NCBI GenBank assembly: GCA_001949185.1
Contig: BDGG01000002.1
Location: forward strand, 688,387-752,386
Length of the DNA stretch: 64,000 bases
Reading direction: 5' to 3'
Source of the DNA: Ramazzottius varieornatus
Lineage: Eukaryota; Animalia; Tardigrada
Shown: in pieces, positions 22,088-35,036 of the stretch
Position numbering within the stretch: the stretch's first letter is position 1
How the letters are laid out: every line of letters begins with the position of its first letter
Made by a program: the position numbers and the translations under genes
Notes under the pieces: model-generated
The model's input: only the letters and a program-made list of their open reading frames with translations
Told to the model about the DNA's origin: nothing
Database searches by the model: none

Positions 22088-25000
22088 CTACTCTGGATCT
22101 GAAAGCAGGAACGCGTTGAGCTGCACGGACTCCATGAGGGGCGTGTTGTCGCAAAGTATTCTCGACATGGTCACACCGTGGATTGCGTCAATTTGTTCTG
22201 AAAAAGTGTTAGACCGATACATTTAGTATTAAACTGGAAAAAGTCTGAAGTCAGTCTGGAAGGAAAGCTGGTCCAAAGCTGGTTGTATTTATGCAGGCAC
22301 GTTCCATGTCGAAGTTCTTCCTCCCATTCTGCTACGGTTAATTTTAAATTTACTGCGTCATTCTCGATTTTATGCCTGGTTTGAACTTACTTTCTGTCAG
22401 TGACGAAGGCAATGGTAGATTGTTCTCATACCAAAATCTGTCTCCAAATTTCAGTCTTCTGAACTGCTCAGCAATGATACAGCCAAAGGTCGGACCGACT
22501 CTTGCACCAGACATATGGTTCTCCGCAGCTCCGGCGGCATAGACGTCCACATCTTCAATGTCACTGGAAACAGAAATACATTCAGTCATCAGACTTGAAC
22601 TGAATAAACCAACTGAAGACCGGTAAACAAAGCGTAAAAGATGTCCCGGCCAAGTGGCACACTCTGCAAGCCGACTTATACTGAGACCGTGCGTCGGCAA
22701 GAACAAACAATCAAACTCGACAATATCGTTTTTCCCCAGGTGGCGCACGCTCTCAGCTAACTTACTGCAGACGTGCGCCACTTGAAAAACCATCTTGCCG
22801 ACCTTCCAGTCAAGCGGCTGTTCATGTTGACTTACTCATAGTTGTCTGCCATTCTGTCGACGATTTCTGTAGACACAATATCCATGCCGCGAAGTTCGTC
22901 GAAATTACTGGCCGTCGACAGTCCACACAGTTTCCTCCATTTCATCCAGCCCTGCAGACCGTGGTCACGGCCACGCTGGACATTTAGCGCGGTCAAGTCC
23001 AGTCCGAAAGCGTCGCCAGGTAGTTCGAACAAGTGGTTGGTTAGGTCGTCCACGAAGTTGTTGTCAATCTCCTGCGTGGGAGAAGACACCATACCAAGTA
23101 TAATCTCGTCGAAAGCGTCCTTGTCGTAGAGGGCAAATGGTCGGAAATACGTCGAGCGCAGTTGCTCCTTCTTACGAACGCCGAAGTCCTTGTCTGCACG
23201 AGGGAAGAGGTTGGGAACCATGGTGTGGCCAACGCGGTAGGCGGCAGTGGAGAACTCGTTGAGGATGCTCGGATTGAGGGTGATGTCATAGTCGTCCGTG
23301 GAGCCTTCTTCCATGATTTGCAGGTTCCACTTGTCCATTATGTCCTCGCCCAGTAAAATAGGCAGAAATTCCTGCAACGTCAACCCACATATTTTCTAAA
23401 TATCTTCTCATACTTTTTGAATATTCTCTGAATCTTTTCTAGACATTTGGACAAGTTTAGATTTTAGTCTGAATATGTTCGGCTCATAAATTAAAGTTTT
23501 AGCTTTCCATTACGTTGTAGGCGATATGTTGTAGCTGAGCCGCCACGATATGCCGAGCTTCCTGGTACAGCTTCTCGTCGTTCCATCTTGGGTTCAAGTC
23601 ACGAAGGATATTGGCAACAAAATTGTGTTGTCGAAGCCATAAGGTTTGTACTTCAGCTATACCAAGCTACAACGGTATAAAGTTCGTGAAATGATAAGAA
23701 GAGGGACTGAAACGAAATACACATTGAAGGATCTACAGTCGATGTCAGTAGCAACTTACATGCACATTGACGCGACTGTCACCTGCAACACAGCAAAACT
23801 TTTTTTCATGTTCCAGCTTCAAGGGGACAGCACATGGGCGGATGCTTCCAGACAAGGTCGGCCTCTACGTACCAGCTTTGAAACACTTCTTGGTAGCTGT
23901 GGGTGCAATACAGTCCGAAGCTTTGGCATTTTGTGGGGGCAGAGCGTAGTGTGGGTCGCTGGTTGGAGCGAAGACGTCCAAGTTTCCTGAATTGGGAAAG
24001 TTACCACGTTCAGATTTACATGACCGTTAATGGTGGCGGTCCGCAGAGGCGCTTTCGTGAATCTCAAATCTCACCGTCTTGGAATGTCCGCAAGCTATCC
24101 GCCTTTGCCTTTGTTTGGCCATAAACTGCAACCAATTAATTGATGGGAAAAACGGCTAGTCGATTAGCAGACCATTAAGTTCAGATGTGAAGCGATATAT
24201 AAATATTTCGCCCTCTTACTCGCACTTCCGTCGATGAAGGCGGTGTTCGTATTGAACTGTTCACGGATACCCTGACCGCAGCCAGTTCGACTTCCCGGAT
24301 GACTTCGAACGAATTCCATACATTTCTGCTTCAGCCTGCAAAGTCGTTAATATTGATCGATGTGAGCCGAGCTGGAATTGGACCGAAGTAAGTTGGTTCT
24401 TGCTGTTCTTACGGAGCCAGAAAATCATCATCCTTGGGTATGACGATGGGCATGCACACAGGGTCCAGCTTGGTTTTGTCATCTGCCGGACAGCAACTGG
24501 GCAACTGCCCATCTGCCCCGTGAGCTTTGGGAGTATTCTGTGGGATGACAGCAGGATTATTTTAGCTCAACAGTCCAGCATACCGGTATACAAGAAGGAC
24601 CAAATGTGAAGAAAAGGAGCGAGCACAGAGATGAAGGCTGATGAGACCAAATCAGCCGATTTCCCAGACAGTGTTCGTACCGTTATATCGTGATCCTGTG
24701 CGAAATACAAGGCAACTTTCGGCTTTGTAGAAATTTCGAAAGATAAGATAAGGTTGAAAACAAAACAAGAGAGAAAATCCAAAACAGTCTTCACTTACGA
24801 TTAACTGTCCAAACTGCATGAACTGGAAACAAAACGAACATTTCATAAAAAAGGGAAACACGACAAACAAAGCCAATCATCAAACGTTCACACACCATCA
24901 AAGTCGTAGTAGTAGATGAGACGTCGTTGTTGCCCGACACTTTCTTGCTGATAATTCTAGCGGAAGGCAGCTTTCTGCCGCTCTTTGCTTTGCGCGGCTC

Positions 25001-25760
25001 CGCCACAGCTGCAATTCATGAAAAATGCTCTTGGCAGGTCAAGATCAGGGGTAGAGCGAAAAAGCAGTTTCTGATACAGTAGGGAAGTACGATCACTTAC
25101 AGTCGGCATAGTCGGGCTCCAGTAACCGTTTGAGAATGGAGTTTGTGGCTCCCCATCTCGGGAACGCAATATTGTTGCATGATCCGTCATGAGCTCGGTA
25201 CCGTATCCGAGCACAGTCTGGTAAGTCTCCACTGAATGGATCATCCAGCGGTACAGCTGGATCGTTTCTATAATTTAGAAAAAAAAAACCTGAAGTGAGG
25301 CAGACAAAGTCGACCAGATTGTTTTCCCAGGGGACGTGCATTCTTCCTGTTATTGGCCGAGAGCGCGCGCCACTTGGAGAAAACAAGCTCGACTTATCTG
25401 AATGTTTTGCCAAGTGGCGCATGGTCTCGGTGTTACTGGCTCGATACGTGCGCCGCTCGAAAGAGTGATTTCGGCAGTTTTGATCACCGACCTTCCTGGC
25501 CCCAATCCAGAAACTTGGCAAGAAGAACACAGCAATGGAAACTTACGCAGTAGGAGTACAGTCTTGTTTGATGAGTTTCGCGTCCGCCAGCACGGGGAAC
25601 TCAATGCCTTCGGCTCCATCAGGTCCTTGCGAGACAGGTGGCGCCCTCCGCCCGTCAGAGGTCTCGATGGAGATAGTGAGGAGAACCCATATCGGTAACA
25701 CGCTGTCCGAATATCCAGAGTAATATCCAGGCCATCGTTTGGAACATCTCGGTAAACTTC
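22088..25760 (-). CDS. Animal heme peroxidase (peroxinectin/chorion peroxidase-like), many exons; ends approximate
   Basis: [94 protein letters not shown]. Confidence 0.92.
22648..22812. repeat. Family 1 copy (peroxidase intron)
   Basis: aaactcgacaatatcgtttttccccaggtggcgcacg...cgtgcgccacttgaaaaaccatcttgccga. Confidence 0.8.
25304..25475. repeat. Family 1 copy (peroxidase intron)
   Basis: Two hairpin modules, e.g. caagtggcgcatgg...cgtgcgccgct. Confidence 0.75.
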
Positions 25761-27299
25761 ATCAAAAGAGTTGACAGAATGCGGATACGTACCTGCGAAT
25801 GTTTCTGAATGGTGCCATTGCCGCAGATGCGGACCGCAGACACGGATACAACACTGCCGCACGATGTCTCGTAATGAGCACTGCTTATCGGACAAAATAT
25901 CCGTGATGGAAACCGTGAACCTGACGAACGGAAATCACCACGAAAACCTCTGCGAAGAACCTAAAAAAAAATTACTTCCGGGTTCGCACAAAAAATCGTG
26001 ATCCGTATGATCTCGCTAGACTGAGTCAGCTGACTGAAGAGCTCAACCAGAGAGTAAAGAGAGAAATAGACAAGTGACGAAGGGAAACAAACCGCAGAAC
26101 AATAACGGTAATAAAGTTTCCCCAAGCCGATGAGGAAGAAAAACAAATTTGCTAAATTTATCAAACCAGGAAGAAAATGGTTGTGTTTTTGATCTACTGC
26201 CGAAAGGTTTTCCTGTAAGACCATGAACATAGCGGATTAATCGATTACAGTGACAGTTACTTCTCTAATAAGAAAGGCCCAGCCACAAATATGCGGAAGT
26301 ATTCGTTAGTTATATTTTCTTACCGAATGTACCCGTCATAACAATTATCGTACGCTGTGGCGTATCGTGTTGTTTACGTTTAGGTGACAGCACTTGTGAA
26401 TGACGTATGTTTCTGTATGAGACTAATTAGCCATAATACTGACTCACTCAGCTACGACGAGGTAAGTTTCAATGTCAAGGCCTTTGATGAGGAGGATGGC
26501 GCCATCGAAGCCGGCAATATGGCGCGTGTGGAGGTCTTACACAACAAGCCTAATTGCCTGCCTTGCAGGTTTATCTGCGCTACGTAGCGAAGAACTCATA
26601 TCGTGGTTTCCGCTATGTTTGGCTGTGGAGTGAAGAGTGTCATGACCACAAATGTATACAATGGATGGGCGGTTACGTATTAATTTGATCGGCCATGAAT
26701 ATGTCAATTGCACCAGCGATATTGCATGCCGTTACATTCTTCGAACCGTAAATAAAAAGTCTAAACGAGCCGAGTAACTTCCGCATCCGCGCTCGCTCTA
26801 ACGCGTCATTTCTTCCAGGACAGAATTCCGAGGATAAGATTAGGTCGCCATAAAAAGCTAAGTAGCACTGTAACCCAACCGCAATAACCTGTGATATCTC
26901 GACTTGCGTGGATCGATCTCGTGTGGTTCAGTATCTTTTTTCGGACAAACTGCAGAAGCAGACCTGCATTTTTTTCTTTCCCTAATGGCGCAGGTTTTTC
27001 TTGTGCTCGTTATTTATAGAAAAAACACAGGCATTTTTATCCGTGGCACGTGTGGAAGTTCATCTACATTCCGTAAAGTTGATGAAGCGATATTTTGTAA
27101 CTTTCCATGTAAGCGACAACGGCACCACGAAGGGCTTCGCGTCATCGCAAACCATGGTGATCCATCAATCTTGTTTCGCCTCACGGTTATGACTGGCGGC
27201 TGAAATGTAGACTTATAGTGGCGACACGGATGTAGTGCACATGCCCGTGTTGATTCCATTAATTATATTTTCTAACACCATCGAAGGGGTGATTTCAGC

Positions 27300-28083
27300 T
27301 AGAGCTGTTAATGGTTTGAACCACATGGTTTGGTTTGGTTTGAGTGGTGGTTTGCATGCCAAACTGGTTAAATGAAAATGGTTTCTCCCGCAAACCACCA
27401 AAAGTGATCTGGTCTAAACTCCAAACCATTTAAACCAAACCACATAAACCACCGGTTTGAACCGGTTTGCGAACAGCTTTTTGATCACCAGTACATAGTT
27501 AACTCTGACACAGTTTTCTTCAATTGACTAATCAACGAAAATAACCACCGAGGACATAAGAAGTTGAGCAACCGTTGCTGGTTTCTCTACAAACGCAAAT
27601 AGACAAAACTGGCGCATGCTGAAATTAAAGAAGCACCATGGCAAGCCTTCCGGAAGCGCAATCATTTTTCCACCAGGAGTGTTGTCCAACACTGCCGGAA
27701 CTGCGATTTTTACCTGACGGGAGGCGTAGTTCTGATGTCGCGCAGCTTATGACACAGTGCTCACCCAGTCAAAGCTGTGCATCACGTGGCACTTAGAACG
27801 ATGTGGCTGCGCAAAAAGATTGGCACTGTCAGACGGCGAATTTCGGCCAGACTTCTAGCACAGAATCTGCTGATTTCGTATGAAATTTCCCTTTACGGCA
27901 AACCATATTAAACCACGTAAACCAGTGGTCCATATGGTTTGGCGTGAGATCGAAACCGGTTTGAGTGGTTTGATTCGAGATGCCATATGGTTTGAGGTGG
28001 TTCGGTTTGGATGTCAAACCACGAACCACATAAACCATATAAACCACTTTCTAAGTGGTCTGGTCTGGTTTTCAACAGCTCTA
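27300..28083. mobile_element. hAT-like non-autonomous element with AAACCA/TGGTTT subterminal repeats
   Basis: TAGAGCTGTT...AACAGCTCTA termini and dense aaacca/tggttt clusters at both ends. No clear TSD. Confidence 0.7.
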
Positions 28084-28267
28084 ATTTTTCAACCCCTCCG
28101 ACGATGCGCGAGAACAACAGATCTGGGTTAGTTTTATCTGGTCACAGAGATGCCTTATCGTCATCACGTGGATACAGGTTTTTAATTGTCGCTCGGTTCA
28201 GCATCGAAGATATCACAAGCTCTAAGTCATCATCGAAAGCTGGAATTCGAGAAACCGCGGGGTCGTT

Positions 28268-29460
28268 TTACATGCGCTTGAAGGTTCGCTTGGCAGTTCC
28301 CTTGTCCCACTTTTAGTTCTGTAACACATCAAGAAAAAATTCGGAAGTACCTGACAGAGCGAAGGCCCTCCTCAACTTTAACCTTAATATCGTCTGTGTG
28401 GACGTACCATTTCCATGCCCTGGTCGGTGAACGTGAACTCAACGTTGCAGGTGAATTTATTTTCAAAGGTTTGCTTTTCAAGGAGCATGTCGCCATGCTT
28501 GCTGAAGGTGCATTTGACTTCTCGGCCACTGGGAGTCTTGACAAAAACTTCCTTTCCAAGGGTGAATTTACCTCCTTGTCCAGCTTTTCAGTGTGGATCT
28601 TGATGCAGTATTCCTCCCCAGTCTTCTTGATTTCAACCTGGGGCTTCACCTTCTTCTGGGCCTCTGCAATTATTGTACAATGTATCGATCAGCATTGAAT
28701 TTCGGGGCTGCAAACGAAACGGACGAGATTGTTATCCCAAGTGGCGCACCTTGGAAAACCCATCTTGTCCCATTTGACTGATTTCCCAAGTGGCGCACTT
28801 CAGCATTGTTGTTGTTGCTGTCGATCAGGAGCTTGCGCCACTTGGGATGATCTTGCACATTTCCTTTGCCCGCCTCCATTATGAACGAGTTGCGCGTCGC
28901 AACTCAAAATGACTTTGACGAGAGTGGGGTTATAATGGTCCATCTTCAGGCCTTTGCCAGTTTACCCAGGCTGCGGTGAGATGCACGTGACCACACTTGC
29001 CTACGTGATCTGTTGATTAGTTGATTCGCGATTCCGTGACGTCACTTTCGCCCTGGATCCAGGCACGCAAGGAGCTTTCAAACATCTCTCTAATATCTCA
29101 CAACCGTCAGATTTCTGCGCGATCGATCACAAAACTTCGAGCATAAAAATCTAGAATTCCTCAACGTGGAGCCGTCCGAAAAAAGTTGTCAGAACGAGCA
29201 GAAAGAATGAGAGTGCCTACCTTTCCTTAATGTTTTAATCATTCCACGTGCCTTCCCAGCTGGAGACTGGTGGCACCTCATACTGGCAGCTCACCGGCGC
29301 CTCGGCAGCACTATCTTGCATATCATAGACCACTATAACCCCCCTCTGCTTTGACTATGGATCAGCCAAACCGTTCTGTGTTCTGGTAAGAGGAAGTCCA
29401 GCTGAGGAGCAAGGCTCTGTTCAACGACAGTAATATACGTACTTTTCCATGGCACCTGCC
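28268..29460 (-). pseudogene. Fatty-acid-binding protein paralog, frameshift near 28567 and premature TAA in last exon
   Basis: Frame-corrected exon 2 VKPQVEIKKTGEEYCIKIHTEKLDKEV/FTLGKEVFVKTPSGREVKCTF aligns with the neighbour. Last exon N*KWDKGTAKRTFKRM versus DYKWDGGNAQRTYKRL. 5' part degenerate, limit approximate. Confidence 0.8.
28710..28860. repeat. Family 1 copy (FABP pseudogene intron)
   Basis: cccaagtggcgcac...gcgccacttggg. Confidence 0.8.
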
Positions 29461-29605
29461 ATCATCACTTATTTTTTCACTTGATTGTTTCTGCTTGTAT
29501 AGCTGTAAACCACAAGCCCTCCACAAGTCAGAATTGTATCTTCCAGCAAAAATGAGTCCTTCGTTGACATCACTTGGTTAATTGATGAACTATTGGATCG
29601 AATCC

Positions 29606-30191
29606 TCACAACCGTTTGTAGGTTCGCTGGGCATTACCACCATCCCACTTGTAGTCCTAAAAAATCACAGAAAGGGAGATTGATGAAACTAACATTGCAA
29701 CTTGTAACCGTTGAGTTCGAGGAAGCTTCCGCACACTGCGAGTGTAAAATACATACCAGCTGGGTGCCCTCTGGTGTGAAGGTATACTCGACGTTGGCGA
29801 TGAATTCATCCTCGAAAATTTGCTTCTGGACCAGCTTGCTGCCTTGTTGGGTGATGGTGGACCTGATGGTCTTGCCGCTGGGAGTCTTTTCGGTAAACTC
29901 TTGGCCGATCTTGAACTTCATTTCCTTATTCATCACTTCCGTGTTGATCTTCATGGTCCATTCTTCACCGTCCTTGGACAGCTCGATGACCGGCTTCAGT
30001 TGCTTTCCGATTTCTGTAGAGGGAGGTGCACCGCATTGATCACTATTCACAGTAGTCTTTGAACAGAAGAAACAGAAACTGGAAAGAAGCTTACCGATCT
30101 GCTCCGCAGACGCGCCAGTCTTCCTCAGGTACTCATCGAAGCCGGTGCTGTTGGCCAGCTCGTACTTTCCAGCGACGTTAGGAGCAGCCAT
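29606..30191 (-). CDS. Cytosolic fatty-acid-binding protein, 3 exons
   Basis: MAAPNVAGKYELANSTGFDEYLRKTG, MKFKIGQEFTEKTPSG, C-terminal AQRTYKRL; no signal peptide. Confidence 0.9.
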
Positions 30192-31610
30192 CTTGACAAA
30201 AAAGGTGCAACACGTAGGGCGACGGGAAGAACTTTCGAAAGTCCACACGGAAGGTAACAGAACTGGCCAGAAGACTAGGCGGAAAACAGCAGTCTTTTAT
30301 ATCCAAGTTCACACCGGTATCACTGAGACGTTTGCACGTTAGACCAGGTGAGATCAACACAGATACCGATAAAAGCAAAAGGTACATGGGGTATGGTAAA
30401 CGAGCCGTCTACGTGTATGTCATTTTGCACATTTGCTCGAGTTGTCACAGCAGACAAAACCTGTGGACCTCGACGGTGATATCATTTTGTTTAGCGAAGC
30501 GAAACGAAATGGTTAATACATTCAAACGCAGGCGAAAGTTCAACAAAGGTATCTGCAGAGTTACGACAGCCTTTGTGTTTGCCGGATAAACATAATTCCG
30601 GATAGTCATAAAGAGGATTGGTCATGATCAAGGACAGAAACATCGACCAAAAGCTCTTAAGTCCGAAGGTTCAACACTTTGTGCAGAATATACAGAAACT
30701 TATCGTGCCAAACCTCCATCCCTCTGCGTAATTTCTCGTGGACTTTTTCGAATGCCCCTGCACACTATCAGGCTACCAGCTTCGGGACGACTACTGGTGT
30801 ATCCCTCGCGTCATACTGCGACAATACCTTCTCGAAGAACTAACCGACAAACATGAACAGAAAACGCTACCAACACTCCATTGTTGGTATGGACTGTTGG
30901 TAAAGAAGGAAAGGGTTCTGGCCGGATGCGATCAGGAGGGATTTGGTGCACGTACAGGTGCCGTCACTCCGAATGCATCTCACCTATAAAAAAGGGAAAC
31001 AACAAAGTATTCTGAATCTATCTAGTACTGCATGTTAGATCGAGCTTAACAATGAAAGGGAGGAAGTACCTGATGCCGGCTATATTAAGAGCAACGCCCC
31101 TTATCTCGTACGTTGCGCCTGCTAACAACTTTAAAATCTGAATCGCTAGTCGGCATTTTTCTTCATGCCAACCAGTCTGTTCTTCTGGCTGATACTTCAC
31201 GTAGAACTTCTCGATCGACACGCCGTTGTCCAGAAAGTAGAGCTCCCTGTGTTCGCCATGGCGTTGACCACTTAATTTGTAGAATACGGCGCTGTCACTT
31301 TCAGGGACAACAGCGTTGTCGACTTTTCGGATTTATCATTAACACTGTCTTTCGAATCTTCCATGCGATGATGATAGTCAATTTTCTAAACTACAAGTCT
31401 CCAGCTGAGGGCGCAGATTGGTCGGGTGTTGCTTGAGTACTCTTCTGACAATTCTTGACAGAAAGAAGGCAAACCCGACACGAGTCACAAGATCGACGCG
31501 ATGACTCGGAAATCCTCTCACTATCAGGGTCAACGGAAAGAAACTATCACAAAACCAGATTAAAACAACAACGTAAGACTTTACTATGTACAGTACAGAC
31601 TTTCGGCCCG

Positions 31611-33386
31611 TCATCTGCGGGAAGACCTATCGCGAGATCGAGATCGCGACTTTTTCCGTCTGTGGTCCTTCGAAGACTTTCGTGGGTTCCCGTGGCTTTC
31701 CATCCTTCGTTCTTCTTTGCGTTCGCGGCGCGAATCCTTTTCTAGCCTGCGCTCTTTGTTATGGCGTTTCTGTTTGACTTTATCACCATGTTCAGCCTTT
31801 TCCTTCTTGTCCGCTTTCTCTTTCTTTTTTTTCTTAGCTGCCTTCTTTTCCTCGTCAGAATCTTCCAGCAAGGACTGTAGCATCTTGATGCGTTCTTCTT
31901 TCTGTGCGGCCTTGTGCTCTTGCACGAAACCGTACATTGGATCCTCGTGCATCTAGAAGCGCAGAACAAGGGTCGTTCAAGTAAAAAGAGAATGAGGCCG
32001 AACACTGTAAACGCACAATCGGGCATCTGCATACGTGAATGCGTCCAAAGCAGGTCTGACCCAATCATTCAGGAGAACGTTTTCGGACCCCAAGAAAAAG
32101 CTTTAACTGGAGATGCATCTATGTCAAACAGACCTTGAGAAACACGAATCTAAACTCAGAATTGGATTCTGACCACAGGTCAGAAAGTTACGAGGAGGTA
32201 GCTGAAAGTGTTGAAAATCTACGTGGCGCACGAATCGGCACGCGCACTGGCCGAAATACTCTGTGCGCAGTCAAGTTTATCCAACTAACCAATTACTAAT
32301 AGTCCACAGACAATATGCACCGGAAGTGCTTGCTGGTGCGCGTCTCCAGCTGAAGTGCGCTGCTGACACCAAGACCAGCCCCTAACACCCCTGTGATTTT
32401 CGGTAAATAACCTCCAATTTTTCAGCCACTCGTTTTGTCTTCATTACCGCCCCAAAGTTCCCCAAATTGAACCTTTAGTACAGTTCAATATTTCGAACAA
32501 CTTGATGTCAGAAAAGGCCGAATCCAAGCCAAAATACTTTGGACGCATTCTCGTATGCAGATACTTACATAACGAAACTGTTCGATTTTCCGATTTCCAG
32601 ACTCGTACAGGGGACATTCTTTATCGCCGGACCTGTGTCCGTAGTTTTTACATTTCCAACCTACGATCACAAAATAAGATTGTCTCCATTGAATCTCAAC
32701 GCCAGCCTGATCCGTATGTAAGTTTCTGCTGTCCGAAACGGATAACCTGGAGCTCAGCAAACAAACTCGGCCAGATTATTTCCCCAAGTGGCGCACGGTT
32801 TCGGTGTTAATGGCTTGAAGCGTGCGCCGCTTGAAAGTCGATCTTGTCTGTCTTCCCAGATGCGCATGGTTGCAGTGTTATTGACTGGAGGCATGCGCCA
32901 CCCGCAAGAACAATTTTGCCGAGCTTGCCTCTAAATTCCAGTCAATCACGCTTACACTGCATCACTTTAACTTCTTTTCCCAAAGGCATCTGTCAACAAA
33001 AAAACAGGTTTATTCGAAGTGAAATGGTTCAGAAGAACATCAAGGGGTATTCACCCATAAGCCTTTAGAAGGGGCTTTGGCCAGAAATTCCCTGGCATCT
33101 TTGTTTTCGGGACGATCGGGAATGCAGTCTTCTGGTCGTTCTTGATTGCGATCTTTGACCAAGCCAGGGGGAGGCGCTTGATAACTACGGAAAAATCACT
33201 GATGTGGTTTCCAAAAGACAGAAGTATTAGGCACTTGATTGTGTTATAGACTTACAAGGTGTCTATGTGCTTCAGTGCCTCTAACAGAGTGGAGTCCATC
33301 CGCGATTCGAGGCTTGCTCCTGATCCTTTGGTAAGTGTCGCTGTTGTAGATCCATCTCTAGATCTGGAACAGCGACGCGAGGACAT
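31611..33386 (-). CDS. RP9: Retinitis pigmentosa 9 (PAP-1) homolog, ~5 exons
   Basis: LKHIDT, QAPPPGLVK..ERPEDCIPD, REFLAKAPSKGLWMPLGKEVKVMQCWKCKNYGHRSGDKECP, HEDPMY, K/RS-rich tail. Confidence 0.92.
32748..32930. repeat. Family 1 copy (RP9 intron)
   Basis: gagctcagcaaacaaactcgg..ccaagtggcgcacg..cgtgcgccgcttg..ttgccgagct. Confidence 0.8.
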
Positions 33387-33568
33387 TCTGACGGTCGTGA
33401 GTTCTGACAGATCAACACGAAGATAGAGCGTGTTGCAGAAGAAGGTGAATGGAAAAAGCAAAAACCTAAAAAAGTTCCGTTGGAAGAGAGGCAAATCAAC
33501 AACCGGAAGTGAACGGCGAATCAAGTCGTCGAGATCCCCAGGCGCGCCAAAGGCTAAGCAGAAAAAAT

Positions 33569-33640
33569 TTCCCAAACGGGGAATCGAACCCCGGCCACCG
33601 CCGTGAGAGGGCGGTATCCTAGCCACTAGACCATTTGGGA
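33569..33640 (-). tRNA. tRNA-Glu (anticodon CTC)
   Basis: TCCCAAATGGTCTAGTGGCTAGGATACCGCC-CT CTC AC-GGCGGTGGCCGGGGTTCGATTCCCCGTTTGGGAA: 72-nt cloverleaf with A/B boxes and a downstream T-run terminator. Confidence 0.95.
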
Positions 33641-33773
33641 TCCCTAAATGCATTGTGCAATCTTACGCTTCCAAAGTTATAGAATCAGTTATCAGGTAGC
33701 ATATCAGCTGATTTCGGTCGTGCAGCGTTCCCGAGTTCCGACTGGCCATTTCCTCCTTTTCGTCCCATGCAAG

Positions 33774-34987
33774 ATGGATTTATCCTACTTCCACGATGGG
33801 CTACGGAACATGTGTCCTCTGGCATCGAAGGTACGAGAGGATGCAAGCGACAGCTGCGCTGACGGGGGAATAACGTCGGGAAAGTGCGATGCGCCCTTCC
33901 ATGAAATATTCCAGCGTGTCTGCTCCGAAATGGAACCTCGCGGCTTCGAAGCTCATTCCTTCCTTGTCGGTAAGTTACAGCACTTACGTAAAACCAGAGC
34001 TTCATCTCACTTGTTGTTTCAGGTTGGTACAACGATATAGTGGACGAGCCCTTCCGGTTAAACTACCCTCCCAACACGCCTGCCATCCTCCTGCTCAGCG
34101 CGCCATCCATGTTCGAGAAAACCTTCATTCCTTTTTTGCTCAAACAGGACCTCGAGAACCTGCAAGATCCTGTTGACCGGTGCATGGTGGAGCTTTTCAC
34201 GGTCTTACGACATGACTGGGGTGGTGCGGAGAACGTGAATGTCGTTCATGACTTCGAGCTTCATCCAAACCGTCGGCCGAAGTTGCTCGTTCAGACTGCT
34301 GCTCACGTTTCCGGTGCTGCGTTCCTCTACCAAAGGAAGAATATTCCTCCGAGCGACCACAGCCCTAAAAGAGTAAGCACTTTGCAGGACTACCGTTCGC
34401 AAATGCTGATCTCACAGGTTTCTATCATGGCGTCGGACTGGTTTCTACATATGTATTTGGGAACTCGACAAAATTGTTTTCATAAGTGGCGCATCTTGTC
34501 AGTATTGTTGGCTGGCAGTGTGCGCCACTTCAGAAATTGATTTTGTCCAGGTGAATTATCTCCCCAGGCGGTGTATGTTTTCAGTATATTAGGTTGAAAA
34601 TGTCCGCCATTTGGAGAAAATCTCTTGCCGAGCTACTTGGCCTTGTTTCGGAAGTACTTACTGATTTTCTGTCTGTAGAAGATGATGGGACTCTGCCTGC
34701 ATCCAAAATACGGTGGATGGTTCGCCATTCGTGGTTGTCTTATTTTCAAGAATCTAAACTGTGATGATCTTCCAAGGAAGGAGGCTCATAACGTCCTAGT
34801 GGAACCTGCTGATCAGCTGAATGCCGTGGAGCTCTTCAACTATCATTGGAGAGATTGCCGCTTCCGAGACGCCATCGACGTTCAAGCGAAATACTCGGAA
34901 CTGCAGCAAAGGTATTTCAACACTCCTTCTGGACAACGTGGACCAATCCTCAGAGAAATTATCGAAAAATATTCAAACATTATTTAA
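33774..34987 (+). CDS. MMACHC: Cobalamin-processing protein MMACHC/CblC, 3 exons; start approximate
   Basis: GFEAHSF/VGWYN, PSMFEK, DPVDRC, HDFELHPNRRPKLLVQTAAHVSGAA, LHPKYGGWFAIRG, FNYHWRD. Confidence 0.93.
34463..34640. repeat. Family 1 copy (MMACHC intron)
   Basis: aactcgacaaaattgtttt..aagtggcgca..tgcgccactt..cttgccgagct. Confidence 0.75.
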
Positions 34988-35036
34988 AATTGGCGAGTGG
35001 ATATACGGAGTGGATTTATGGTGTGTTATTAGAGCT

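Noticed and set aside
29606-30191. Calling the FABP a SAHS protein
   Set aside because: No signal peptide and a canonical FABP N-terminal motif.
30738-31370. Possible small gene between FABP and RP9
   Set aside because: Stops and frame breaks in all candidate exon chains and no recognisable motif.
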